Source of the DNA: Phoronis australis
Taxonomy: Eukaryota; Animalia; Phoronida
Reading direction: 5' to 3'
NCBI GenBank assembly: GCA_002633005.1
Contig: NMRA01000046.1
Span: 180,510 to 244,509, forward strand
DNA length: 64,000 bases
The position numbers were made by a program, and so were the translations under genes. The notes beneath the pieces were generated by a model that saw nothing but the letters and a program-made list of their open reading frames with translations, did no database searches and had not been told where the DNA came from. Numbering within the stretch: position 1 is the stretch's first letter; every line of letters starts with the position of its first letter. Below, piece after piece: positions 12,716 through 25,481 of the stretch.

Positions 12716-13858
12716 ATAAATATAGATTATTACATGGTGAAGTCGTTATCCCCCGTTATCTAGAGCCCTCGTGGATTTTGGAGAATTATTAACCTCGGGG
12801 CGTTACGTCTATTTATACCACATACTAAACGAGAAACATTGCAATGAATCGATTTACATTTTCTGACTCTCCACGGCTTTGTAACTACTTTCTATGTCAG
12901 AGGACCGGGGTCGGAGGTCGTGACCTTTTAAGAAAAGCCGAGCTAGTTTTGTCAAATAATGCTTTTACTCAAAATCAATTGAAAACTTAAATATAATAGA
13001 AATAAACTGAATTTATAAATTAAGGTTTACCAACTATTATAGCTTAAAACACGTTTTTTTTTCACGCTAAGCTTCGACCGGGAAATTATCGTCTGCTAAA
13101 GTAGGTTACCACTGGTAACTGAGTATAATTCTCAAGTCAAAGATCCTGACAACACGATACCCTCATTCAAACTGGAGATCGGTGATTTACAAGTAAGAGG
13201 ACGTGAGAGAAAAATTTCACTGAATTAATATATCATTTTTATGGAAATTATGTGTCTTATTTTTCGTAGCGTATAAGTACAGTACAAAAATGCGGATTGT
13301 TGAACGTGCGATTATTGCGCGTCGACTCCTCATTTAAGTATTCTATTTTCACTCTTGATGACGTCAGTCACTGCATGGTGTAGTGGTAAAGTCGGCGGGT
13401 TCGACTCCGTCCTCGGTTTCCCGCCAAATCGTTATCTCACTAGTGAGATAACTTTATGGGTTATTACGCGGTTGTATCTGCCATTCGAGGCTAATATTGT
13501 GGTATAAATATAGATTATTACATGGCGAAGTCGTTATCCTCCGTTATCTAGAGCCACGAGTAACTATAAAATCTTTGCCACTAGTAACTGACTATTATGC
13601 TCAAGTCAAAGGATCCCGACGACACGATACCCGCATTCAAGTTGGAGATCGGTGATTTACAAGAGAGAGAACACGGGAGAAAAATTTCACTGAATTAAAA
13701 TATCTTTTTTATGGAAATTATGCGTCTTATTTTTCATAGCGTATAAATGTCGGTGTAATGTCCTTTGCTGAACATGCGATTATTGCGCGTGCTCATTAAG
13801 TATTCTATTTTCACGTTCGATGACGTCCGCCGCTGAGTGGTGTAGTGGTAAAGTCGGC
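12716..13858. repeat. Imperfect tandem duplication (12716-~13400 vs 13504-13858), with a tRNA-like A/B box remnant
   Basis: Shared blocks ATAAATATAGATTATTACATGG.GAAGTCGTTATC and CCACT.GTAACTGA...TGGTGTAGTGGTAAAGTCGGC; the second unit lacks ~12771-13107. Confidence 0.8.
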
Positions 13859-14379
13859 CCCCCACTTTATCAGTGCTCCAACGCCCACGGTCTATGGGCG
13901 GTACACCACAGGGGGGGCTGGGGGCTATAGCCAGCACTTTTTCAATCCTGCGCCGCCCATGCAGATTACTGCATTTTCCTAGTTTGCTCCAGCTATAATT
14001 TCGAGTCTGACCTCGAAATCTCGAGTTTTCAGCTCAAATCTAAGGATCAGCAAGTGCAAACTTGAACGAAACATTCATTTTTGCTTAAGTTTTAATATTA
14101 TCGAGCACAGAATAAAAGACACTTTCCTTGCGAGAACAATGGGCTCTTATATACTTTTAAAGCGGCTAAGAATCCGCGTTCCGTCGATGAAAGAATGATT
14201 TAGACCACTTACTGTTATGAAATTGGTCTCATCTTTTTTCTTTCTAAGTTGAGAAGTGATCTTTGGTCTTGAAAACAACTGCCTATACGTTAGTGCTCGA
14301 GATTATACTCGGTGACTAAAATGACACGCCGTGACAAGCATCTCGTGGAGCCGGGCTTCAACATAACGATCTGCCAGTG

Positions 14380-14790
14380 TCCAAGTCCAGTGTTCATGAG
14401 CAATTTCGTAACGTTACGTTATCTAAATCGAACGTTGTTTTTGCGATGAAAGCGAGTTTATAGACATTTAATGTCAGCTGGCCTTTTCATGGAGTGAATC
14501 CGTTGCCGCGCAATGTTGGCGGAAGCACCGGTATACATACTGCACAGTTTCTTAAAGCGGGTGAAACAATTTTAGTTGTAACTAAATTATCGAGGTTTGC
14601 CATTCCTGCGAATACACTTGCAAACTCAGCTACGAGTAATGAGAAACCTTCACTAGCTATGCTCAGGATAGTTGCTGTGCTGGTGAATCTCCATTTTGTA
14701 GTGTTATAAAACGGGAATTCACGCGTTGTTGACGATAAATTCAAGATGGCACTCTCACAAACTTTAATTATCGTAGGAGCTTCCACTCTC
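14380..14790 (-). mobile_element. Possible fossil hAT transposase C-terminal dimerisation region
   Basis: Frameshifted fragments SPALRNCAVCIPV..SAN...MKR and KLAFIAKTTFDLDNV resemble the hAT dimerisation motif (P.L..L...LPV.SA..ER.FS.MKR ... LALL.I...LD.D.V). Confidence 0.35.
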
Positions 14791-16086
14791 TCATAAGTTG
14801 ATTAAAAAGGTGTGCATGCAATGCAAATAAATTCTTATGCCACTGGCAGCAGAAAACTTATACCACGAAGCAGAGCCCTTATCACACTCTACAAAATACT
14901 TATTTATGATCGACATACATGTATGTACGAAAGAATAACGAAAACTGGGAGGTAGAGGGTGGGAAAATTAATAAGTTTTGGAACGTACAAATGTACGACA
15001 ATGTGGCCGGAACAAAGGTGAACTGAAAGGGAGGTTACAATCACATAGCACGTGACAATCATCAGCCTATGAGAGTCAAAAACTGACCAAACTCGAGGTA
15101 CGTGATAACAACAGACCAATACGAAGGCTGGGAAAACAACGGGTAGTCTTGCACAAAGGAAGAATGGAATTGACCGACATGAGGGGGAAAGGAGTAAGAC
15201 GGGTCCATATGCTCACATAAATATATTTAATGAGTGAAATACCATTTATGATCGACATATGTCCGAATAATAGATAAATGATACGTGCGTCGCAAGCTCG
15301 TTACCAGAGATGAAAAGGAGACCGAGGTAGGCGATATAAAGTCATTTATTATGACTAATACAATTACAATATAATGAATACCGATAAGTAACATAAAAAT
15401 GGTAATCTCAGGTAAGATGGGGAATAAAAAAGCGCCACAAGAGATGGTGTAAGACAGCTCATGCAAATGTTACCACGCGCTAAAAACCGAGTCTAAAAGT
15501 ACGACGGAAGCTGAACTAAAAACAAGGACACGGCAGCCTTGGCACTAATAAATAGGGTAGCGTGTTAAGCGATCGCCAGAGGCCACTGCTCTGCAGTAGT
15601 CTGAAATTTTGATTTAAAGTTTGATTATCGTTTTTACGGGCGAAAGACGCATTGTTTGGATTCTTGTTGGGTGTAATACACTTTTTAAGGCTATTAACTT
15701 TGCCTAGAGCTACAAAACATTAAAAGCCGTGTAGTGGGTTTGACGCAGCTTGCTAGAAATCCGGAAAGTTGACGCTGTACAACTTTTTGCGGACAAAAGC
15801 GTAAAATAAATAGCGGAAACTATCTCTATTTCAAGATTGCCTTTTAAGTACTCATCAGCGTTGAGACACTGAAGGAACGCAGTACAATACACTGTATTAT
15901 CCAAATAAACCTATTATGATTATTTTATTACCGATACAAAACGGATGATCGAAACTATTGGTGGCTCAGAGTTTATTAATTGAGACCAACCCAACCCTGA
16001 AATTGTCAAAGCTGGCGAATATACACGTTGTCTGTGAGTTGAGTAGTTGGCTCATTCTAGATCGGAAGAACTTAGTATTGTTTTAA

Positions 16087-16482
16087 GGACCTTTCATACT
16101 AACGTCAACGCGTCGATGGTTTGAACGCTTAACTCCGGTCCTGGATCGCAGTTAACAGCTCCAGCTAACATCGCAGTTAACAGGTGGATTTCAGACCGCA
16201 GCGTTAACTCCCGTCCAATCGAAGTTATAGCCAGGTGCCACTGTCATCGTCAACAGTAAGAAGGTAGTGCCGTCACGATTACCTGCTTATATTTTGCTCT
16301 AATAATAACAAATCGATTTCAAAATAAGTGTAATGTCACTTACCACATGTAAATACTTCCAAAATGAAACATTGAAAAAAATCTTAGCGTGTAACGCTAC
16401 CTTGCGATAACTTCGATGAAGGCAGCGCCACCAACCGCTTACTGCGATGTTCATTTACTACCGAAACTAGTATGAACGGTCC
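16087..16482. mobile_element. MITE with 15-bp TIR (GGACCTTTCATACTA / TAGTATGAACGGTCC)
   Basis: TIR with one mismatch; internal repeated (A/C)GTTAAC motifs; TSD not clean. Possibly PIF/Harbinger-type. Confidence 0.6.
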
Positions 16483-16895
16483 AATAGCGGAGTTGCAACC
16501 GAATCGATTTAACGATTGCGCATGTCCGGAAATTAGGGTGCGCAAAGGCTACTGGGATTGTTGATGGTAAACGGGATGACCGACTGGTTTGCACGACGTG
16601 TAATTTGTGTGCATTAAACTACGCTGCTGTATGTAATTCTACCGCTATTCGCCCTAATTAGCGCCCATGGCTCAACAAGTGCCCCAACGCGTTTTCAGAC
16701 TTTGCTAAAGTAAGCGCCCAGCCCATGAAGTACATGCGAAAAATGCCCTTACCTACAGTTCTAACGTCTCCAATTTATCAATTGAAAGATCCGACAGCCT
16801 GAATTTGTAACGGACCACGAGCCTCACCGTTATGTCCGTATACACTTCAAACTTACGCCGCGATTCAAAAAGAACGCAGAAGTTTTGCTGCTCTT

Positions 16896-17508
16896 NNNNN
16901 NNNNNNNNNNNNNNNNNNNNNNNNNNNNNNNNNNNNNNNNNNNNNNNNNNNNNNNNNNNNNNNNNNNNNNNNNNNNNNNNNNNNNNNNNNNNNNNNNNNN
17001 NNNNNNNNNNNNNNNNNNNNNNNNNNNNNNNNNNNNNNNNNNNNNNNNNNNNNNNNNNNNNNNNNNNNNNNNNNNNNNNNNNNNNNNNNNNNNNNNNNNN
17101 NNNNNNNNNNNNNNNNNNNNNNNNNNNNNNNNNNNNNNNNNNNNNNNNNNNNNNNNNNNNNNNNNNNNNNNNNNNNNNNNNNNNNNNNNNNNNNNNNNNN
17201 NNNNNNNNNNNNNNNNNNNNNNNNNNNNNNNNNNNNNNNNNNNNNNNNNNNNNNNNNNNNNNNNNNNNNNNNNNNNNNNNNNNNNNNNNNNNNNNNNNNN
17301 NNNNNNNNNNNNNNNNNNNNNNNNNNNNNNNNNNNNNNNNNNNNNNNNNNNNNNNNNNNNNNNNNNNNNNNNNNNNNNNNNNNNNNNNNNNNNNNNNNNN
17401 NNNNNNNNNNNNNNNNNNNNNNNNNNNNNNNNNNNNNNNNNNNNNNNNNNNNNNNNNNNNNNNNNNNNNNNNNNNNNNNNNNNNNNNNNNNNNNNNNNNN
17501 NNNNNNNN
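16896..17508. other. Assembly gap (N run)
   Basis: Run of N. Confidence 1.
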
Positions 17509-17762
17509 GAGGAGGATTTCAGGTAATTTGTTGAGTCAAAGCTGTATTCTTATTTAAGAATTCAAGCCCTATCGACGATTGCGAGACCAGCAGCTACGCA
17601 TTTGTCGGCAAGATTTCGCCCTGGAACTTCAACAAAATTTTATGAAAAATGATCGTAATTTAACAACGAATTTTGATAGCAATGTACCACAATTTTGTAG
17701 AAAGTAAATAATAATAATCTGCACGCTTTATCTTAGCGCGTAATGCATATAGTGTGCATACG

Positions 17763-18020
17763 TTAAGTGAGTCGACCCAGAACAGGTGATTGTGCAGAGG
17801 CATTATCCTCAAAATTGCTCATGTTGGCTTGGTTCTGGTCAAGCGAAAACAAGTTTTTTTTCACTACCAACCGCCGTGGAGTATTTGTTACTGTTTCTTT
17901 GAAGGGAGATATTGTTGGGCAGTTTCTAAGATACGTTTTCTTGCCGCCCTCAAAATGAGCGCTGCACACTTTATGCTACGAAGTCGGAAAGAATTCACGA
18001 AGTCGGCCTTTGCTACCAGC
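17763..18020 (-). pseudogene. C-terminal half of a second THAP domain type (ISL2EU/Harbinger-like transposon remnant)
   Basis: GRLREFFPTS*HKVCSAHFEGGKKTYLRNCPTI: THAP C-x2-HF and PTI motifs, not matching the Kolobok THAP. Confidence 0.6.
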
Positions 18021-18348
18021 GATGCTAAGGTACTCCCAAAGCGCTTGGGAGACGATAATTAGTACATCCCGGTACGCAGCAACAGTGTGGCATGTTGACT
18101 GACTAGTAAATGAAAGCAAACGACGACACAACCGAGGTAGAACGATGACTGACTCGGCAGCTCTCACAGTCAGACTATATGAAAAGAAATTGGCGCGAAA
18201 TGCTTGCCTCCTAAAACGTCACTTCCGGAATAGCGGACGAGTAATTAACAAAAATTACGAAAAGCTGTAACTAAGTGGAAAATATGTCTAGGATAACCAA
18301 CCAACCTTATTTTAGCTCAAAATGACATGAAAAAGGTTGCCTTTGCCT
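18021..18348 (-). mobile_element. Kolobok left end (TIR plus start of THAP), reverse orientation
   Basis: Near-identical reverse complement of 5952-~6290; TTAA at 18349-18352; ATG at 18093 (MPHCCCVPGCTN). Confidence 0.88.
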
Positions 18349-19049
18349 TTAAGTCAACATGAAAGGGCCTTTAGACGTGAAAGAATTTTGGTTAACAATT
18401 TAACACTGACTGCTAAACAGTGGCGACTTGTTCCTTTAAGTTTTCCACATAAAACTTCTTGACATGATTATTAAGCAACTATTTTCTCGAGTAGTAGGCA
18501 TGGACCAGGGGGTAGTTGTCCTCTCGATTCGGGCATAAACCAATAAAATTTTTGCATAACAAAGACGTCGGAGCATTTAAAGGAAAATGGGGAAAATATG
18601 TAACACTTGTGAGACCGGAATGAGGGGTCAAAGCTATGTCACATGCCCCCACCCCCCAAAAATCGAAAGCCAAAACGGCGACGGAAATTCTTCATCTAAA
18701 GGAAGCAGTAAAATGTAGCTCAAAGTGTGACGTCAGTCCCGAGGGCTTGCACCTTTTTAGCTTAGGTGGTTACCTGGCCAAAAGTAAAAAAGTATCTCTA
18801 ACTAGAACTGTGTCCCACTTCGTTTTATCCAAAAGTCCGTTATAATACTTTTCACTTCAAAAGCAATGTAATGACAAAATTTACACGTTTCAGCTTACAG
18901 GTACCTGTATTACTGTCACACTGTAATCATCAGTCAATGCAGTGTTCTGCAATCTATAAAATATGGAATGTTCTAAGCTTTGTTTTAAATCTACTCCAGT
19001 ATATTGCCAATGAGATGCTATGAATTGCTGATTATATCAATGAATAAAA

Positions 19050-20900
19050 AAATCTTAAAACGATTGAATTTTGATATTCATCTTTTACAGAGAGTGAGCT
19101 ACATTTTTAAACAAGCCATCATATAACGATAACAAATGTAATCAATACGCGACGTAAGAAATTTGGTTAGCACTTCTATGCTCCATTAAACAGTTATTTG
19201 AAAGAGACCGCAAGCTTTTTGGAATAAAATGTATTATACAAAATTATCATACAGCTTTGCATATATTTTCAGACAAGTGCAAATAACACTGAGCGCAGGA
19301 TTTATGGTTAAGTTAATAATGCCGTAAGTACTTGACTTTTAGGGTACTCCGTCGTGTTTTTAGTTGTAAACATTGAGAGAGCTCTTCAAACACACTTGCT
19401 CTCATGAAAAAACTTTCAGACGCACAAGCAATAACGTAATTTAAATCGTTCCTGCGCTTTATGAGATCAAATCGATTGTTGAAATCAAATTCGTTCACCT
19501 GATTTTATATCATTTCTGATTTTCTTTCGACGTCGACCGAAGGTGCGATTGCATCTCATACACACGCTTACAGAAATGAGTAATATTAATATGTTATTGT
19601 TAAAGTTTCATTCTCGAGCAACTGCAGAGATAATAACATCGGTAATAGGGAAGATCACATTTCTAATGCCGCGGTTTGTTGTTAGTAGGCTGCGTTATTG
19701 CCACGACCGAACGGTCGAATATATACCTAAAACATGAAGTAGCAAGCACTCGATCAAGTTGAACGTCCATGTCTGCAAGTGCCAGCCGCAGGTTCATTGA
19801 GAAAGGGCGATATTAGTTCAATTCACGGAGCAAACTGATATGAATACCTCGTTTTATCAAAGAAGAAACCAAAATGCTGACAGTATAGATAATTAGTTCT
19901 TGTTCGTGGAATGCCGAGTTTCGCCAAGCGAGTGCCTTATACAGTGTACCATACAATAAATTTATATTGTGCTTATACGCAGCCATATGAGTGTGATTAC
20001 GTTTCGGCCGTTAGTCCCTGGCGACAAAAGTTATACTAAGATACATGGCAACTCGATCGTGCAACAAGAATTATGGAATATTATATGAATTGACATCTAT
20101 ATACATATCTCGTCAAAGAAACTGTGACCAGTTTCAATACCACTTGTGTACACACAGTATAGTCTATAATGGCATAGGATTTTGTATACTACTGAAAGTC
20201 TTTTATTATGGTTATTATTCGTCGGTACATTTACCTTACAAACTGATTGGGTAAAGGGCTTATATCAACCTTAACGAAAGCATTCGACAAATAATGTTAC
20301 ACAATGTTTAGACAAAGAATAAATAAATGATGTTTTGATTAGAAACGTTATACCTTTTGAACTCATTATATTTGTGTTGTATTCGTTTAACAGCTGTATT
20401 ATTTTCGAAATGTCGACCCACGAAGGTAAACTGAAGGTCCGAAAGCATGTTCCTGAATTTCCATCAGCCGACAAGCCCATTTATCGTGCTCCGTGTCATT
20501 CAACGGTATTCATAACCTATTCAAAATTCAGAACGCGTCATCTTGGCGAGGAACCCAATGCAGACAGGCGTGGATTTAAGAGAATAAACAGATCTTGATC
20601 TTACAATAGGCAGACACAAGTTGAACTGCATCCGTAACAGAAATACGAAAGTGCAAGTCGATCGCACTGGATTTCGCCGACCACGTCGTCCCATGGCAGA
20701 TTCGTGCCTGGCATCAGTAAAAAGTCCCCAGCTACACTTTGCTGCACACATTTCTACAGGAATCGGTGTGTTATTATCCCAGAGCCCGAAGACGACGACA
20801 TGTCACAACATCAAATGCCTTAGACTCCAATCCCTCACGTGAGAGTTGGCCAAGCTTGCTTACACGTGATCTTATCTCGTCATAAACGATGGTAAGCCAC
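19050..20900 (-). mobile_element. Highly degenerate hAT (ZMYM1/Tip100-like) transposase fossil
   Basis: Motif remnants in the expected order: KQAW..LESKAFDVVTCRR (TTF-type zinc finger), RHESAM, VCIGFLAK (FLA.Q.LAFRG-like), GNSG, SMNLRLAL; many stops and frameshifts. Confidence 0.45.
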
Positions 20901-21880
20901 TAATGCCCAATTTTCAACCTAAAATTCGAGAAAATAACCTTCACGATGTCTTTCAATTCAAGCACTGAAGTTGGATGATCGATTTTTTAATGTCGGCGAT
21001 AAACTATAGAAATTGAAATCACAGCAAATTTAGATAACAACCAAAAAACTTAGAAATGACGTCAAAATGTCAAAAAATGATAGATAGTTTGCACCAAAAG
21101 TTACTATAGCTAATGTAAGCTAATACTGAACACGCGTCTGTAGATTTGTGTTTGTTGGAAAACGAACCTTTTGTAGAATCTCAAGCTCCCAAAGAGAGCC
21201 TTTTGGAGGGAATTTATTGTAAAGGCACTCTTAAATAGAGGATTCTTTCAAAAGACACTCTTTCGGTGGGAAACTAGTAGTGGAAAAGTCGGAGCGGCAG
21301 GCTACACGCAGATTAACGTTGTTTGCTAATTGGATTAAAAAATTCATTACCGAAACATTCATTTGGACTGTGCTCTTTTTTTAAATATTAAATAAACTTC
21401 AATAAATTGATGGTACCATTTGCTTGAAGAAATGGGCCCTTTGGCTAGTTTTCAATTCCACAAAGTGGTGTTTCGTATGGACTTTAAACGGTAAGTTACA
21501 CCTCGGTAGAGAACATGGTATTGGAAAGTAACATGTACACGGCTTAACTTGGAAACATCACCTATGTAAATCCCCGTTCGTCAATCCTGTGTTGGCTTTA
21601 TAGAATGTGAAGGTGCCGATTTGTGTTATTTGTACAAGCAGTTGGTTATCACATGTACAGGTATACCATGGTTACTGACAGACAAATGTTAAATCTTATG
21701 GGAATTTGGAAAATACGTTTCTCAGAGTTTGTGTCTCTGTAAAAGATTCCTAAAGCCTTAGTTAGGTCTTATAAGTATCTCTACGGAATTGATTGTCAAA
21801 CACCATGGGAATGACATAGCGAGAACAGTCTAGCTTCACGTCGATGTCGGGATAATCTAAGATTATTCAACCACACTCAC

Positions 21881-21944
21881 CTGGTTCTCGAGAGAGAAAG
21901 GGTCTTGATGCTTCTTTGATCGAATTCTGAAGTAAAACGGGCAT
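21881..21944 (-). CDS. Candidate first coding exon (MPVLLQNSIKEASRPFLSREP), possibly of the TRADD-N-like gene
   Basis: ATG at 21944, consensus phase-1 donor CAG|GTGAGT, promoter-like motifs just upstream; phase matches the acceptor at 9177. Confidence 0.35.
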
Positions 21945-21979
21945 TGTGCGATTAGAGCTATGAACTGCTGTCTACATCC

Positions 21980-22120
21980 GAGTCGTCTGCTTGCTACAAC
22001 GGCGAATCCGTCTCTGTTCTCTAAGTTTTGTCGTCAACGTGTTTTACAATTACGTGACCGATTTACTGTGTTATCGAACCGTCTCAAACCAATCACAGCA
22101 CACCTTGACGTCACGAGAAT
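21980..22120. promoter_or_regulatory. Promoter-like cluster (GTCGTCTGCT, CCAAT, CRE TGACGTCA)
   Basis: Motifs at 21982, ~22089 and ~22106 in CpG-rich sequence upstream of the candidate exon. Confidence 0.35.
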
Positions 22121-24249
22121 ATAGTGAGTGCAGAAATTTAAACTTAAATCAACCTGTTTAATTGTAAAGTGTCAAATTGATATCAGGGACTGTTTGCCGA
22201 CAGCGACCTGTGTTTATCTAATGCTGTTAACGACGTTGTATATTACAGTAAACTTTTTGCTACCAATGTCCAATACGCTATGTCAACAATTCCAACAATA
22301 CTATTGTGACCCTGAGGCTGGATGACATAAAGCAGTTTATTTTTCAAGCCAGCGCATAACATAGTAGGTAGTTTAACGGTTGTATACAATTTCTCGTGTG
22401 ATCTAAATCTGCCATCAGCTATAATGGTACCGATAATTTCTCATGGTGCACCTGACAAATATATAAGCCCGGACTTCTGGTGGCAAACATTTCATGATTT
22501 TACATCGTTTTCAAAAAGTAAACCACACGATTTACCGATAGACAGGGCATGTACAATGTTGTTGAAAGATACATTAATCTGGCTACTTCACACACTCGCA
22601 TAAAACTAGAGTATCACTACGCTAACTCTGGGACGATAAGAAGGTTAACACGGTTTTAGTAATGAGCTTTCCTATCAGTGGCTCATCTATTGTGAGTGTT
22701 GTTTAGCTACGAGGAGAAAACAGGACCTTGTTCTGAAAATACTGCGCATTAAACAGGACATCTACGAAACATAGATTTCAACTCAGCAAAAGTACAAATT
22801 TTCAGAAAGTAGAAAGTCTGTAGAATTTGATTTTTTATTGGTACCGATCTACCATTAACGGAGTTAGGTGACCGTGTCTTATAGCTCAATTTAACAAAAA
22901 GAAAGAAACATCGAATCAAAACAACGGTGACAATAATAGGATGGAATTATATATGATAAGAATGTTCTAAACAAGATGTCACAAACGCTGTTACAGCTTT
23001 CTAAAATATCATTTCTGTCTTCCTCGTGTTAATGCTTCAGAGATAACCATGAGAATCAATAGAAGTCCTATTCTTGATAGCCCCTCATAAAAAAACATTT
23101 CCAAACAAATCATTTCAAAGCTTAGTATTTGAAAGTTTCACATGAATCTGATAGCTATTTCATAGATATGATGTTCCAAATTTTTTCTAGGGTCCTTAAA
23201 GGAATTTTATTCACGTTATCGCCTGTTGTCGCAAATAATTTGATCTTATCCCTTAGAAACGTTTGTCCAGGATTGGAAATAAATACCACTATTATATGCG
23301 GATCTGGAAAAGGTAATATCAAATTAATGTACACGAATACAAATGAATGCAGCGACTGACGTTCACATGCCGTGTGAGGCCGAAGGCAGACCAAACGTCT
23401 GATCCGCCGTCTGAAAAAAAAACTCTGGTCCGCCTTCTGCCCGCCAAATCAGAGAAAAAAACTGCCTTCTTACTCCAAGAAGATACATTCCAGTGGCGTC
23501 ATTTGTGGTGGATCAGTCAGTTTTCCCCATTGCATTCTCAAGTTTGAATGGGCATGCGTTCTAACTGAGTGAATGAATATTCATGAAAATGACATTTGAA
23601 TTTTTCTTTGTCATATCAGAGCGTTGATGAAAACTTCATCTTGTTAGATATAATTTTTATTAACTCTAGAACATGGGCCACACATTTTGCTAATTTCTTC
23701 TCACTGAAAACATGCAATGAACGTCGCTCATTGTTAATGGAAAGGGATTAACAAAGTTAAGTATAGCGGGGACACATATCACTTTTATTTTGTGAAAAGT
23801 GTTTGCGTTATATAATTTCACTTGCACTATTTATCCCCATTATAGTCGCGCATTCCAACGCTCATGCCCTGCCCGAGTACAATTCAGCAACGCTAGAACC
23901 TCCCTGAAAATTAAGACTTCGCTAGATTAGGCGAGATGTTGCCGTGTATTTCAAACGAGAACACGTGATTATGAGTAGGCAATGACCATCGCCTCTGTTG
24001 GCCCGACCAGAGGCGATGCAGCTCCTATTTAAGCGCTCCATACGCCGGAAGCTTTTCGGCCAATTATGCCTCGCACCGACTAAAACATCAAAGTCACGTT
24101 GTTATAAATACCTTTTGCGCATAGAGGAACACCTTAGGAGGTTGTCGATGTGTTTAATTCTTTCCAACTCGAGCAAATACTCGCGTTATCAACCTTTTTC
24201 TTCGAGCAGTCCCTATTTCAGTTCCCAAAATCGTGACCCCTCTCCGAGA

Positions 24250-25195
24250 CCAATTTTCTAATCTATCCAGGATCTTCACATCTTCCATGGCGAAAGAGTG
24301 GTCTGTGGAAGCCATGTGACTAAAAACTGCAGAATCATAGCAGTCCCCATAACTGGACCTCCGATGCTGGTTGAAACGACTTTTCAGGGCTTGTTTGGTT
24401 TCCCCAATGTATGCTGCGCGGCTCTACACCCTGGTTCCGAGCATGAAATGCCATACACCACATTTGATGTTTTCTCTTTGCTGGTTTTGTCTTTCACATT
24501 TAACATGGTGTTAACAGGTTTGCCGAATACAACAGCTATGTCGTGTCCCCTCATATGTGATTTGATCTGGTCAGCGATCCCTAGCACAAAAGGCAATGTT
24601 ATCTTGATGTTTCCCCTATTGTTAGGCTGCGTGTTCTGAGGCCTGATTCTGTCATGGTCTGCCTTGTGGAATGACCACTTTGGGTAGCCACATCTTTTCA
24701 GCACTGTTCTGTTGTGTTCTATTTCAAAATCAATGTCCTCCTCTGTGTTGGGGATGGTTCTCGCTCGATCAACGTTCTAATCACGCCTAGTTTGTGAATC
24801 AACGGGTGATTGGAGGCAAACGGAAGATAGTAGTCCGTGTGAGTGGGCTACCTATAAATCTTGGTTTTGATACGCTTGTCTGTAACAGTTACTAAACAAT
24901 CCAGGAACGGTAAAGAGTTGTCTCTAGATTCCTCTTAAGTAAACTTGTTATTGATATCACATTGATTGATGTGTTCGAAGAACCCTATCTTTTCAGAATT
25001 TTTAAGCACTACACTAACGTGTCATCTACATACCTCAGCCAGAGTCTAGGTGAACTCCATCATAGGACGCTAACGCATTTCTCTCAAAGTTCTCCATGTA
25101 TAAGTTCACCACAATCGGGGAAACAGGAGAGCCCACGGCCGGCACATCCATTGGACTGGATGTAGATGTTCCCGTCAAAAGAGAAGTAAGTGGAC
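24250..25195 (-). mobile_element. Penelope-like retroelement fragment (RT plus GIY-YIG), degenerate
   Basis: STYFSFDGNIYIQSNGCA, WLRYVDDT, LPFLD, PTHTDYYLPFASNHP...KLGVI, CGYPKW, then NVVYGISCS...AYIGET; stops and frameshifts. Confidence 0.9.
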
Positions 25196-25199
25196 TTAA

Positions 25200-25400
25200 A
25201 GGCGAAAGGCAACCTTCCAGATGTCATTTTGAGCTAAAATAAGGTTGGTTGGTTATCCTAGACATATTTTCCACTTAATTACAGCTTTTCGTAATTTTAT
25301 TAATTACTCGACCGCTACTGAGGAAGTGACGTTTTAGGAGACAAGCGATTCCCGCCACTTGGTTTTGCGTTGACTTTACCGTGCGAATCTGTTCTATTGC
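25200..25400 (-). mobile_element. Kolobok right-end fragment inserted at TTAA within the PLE RT
   Basis: TTAA 25196-25199 then AGGCGAAAGGCAACC; matches the reverse complement of ~7435-7638. Confidence 0.85.
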
Positions 25401-25431
25401 TCTCATCTTCTTCCAAGTCACGTGACAACTC

Positions 25432-25481
25432 AGTGGCCTGATGAAGTCCTCGAGAGGAGGACGCAACGAACCCATCTCCAC
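25432..25481 (+). ncRNA. Degenerate hammerhead-ribozyme-like motif (putative PLE pLTR)
   Basis: CTGATGA (25438-25444), 6-bp stem GTCCTC/GAGGAC, then GCAAC in place of GAAAC; flanking GTGG/CCAC could form stem I. Confidence 0.5.

Noticed and set aside
13375-13415. Functional tRNA genes here, at 27340-27408 or at 35354-35412
   Set aside because: Only A/B-box remnants; no complete cloverleaf could be built.
14900-15545. Purine-skewed segment with a repeated ATTTATGATCGACATA and hydrophobic minus-strand ORFs
   Set aside because: Possibly a retroelement 3' tail; hydrophobic ORFs follow from base skew and no family could be supported.
16832-17557. 241-aa and 213-aa ORFs
   Set aside because: Artefacts of translating the N gap.
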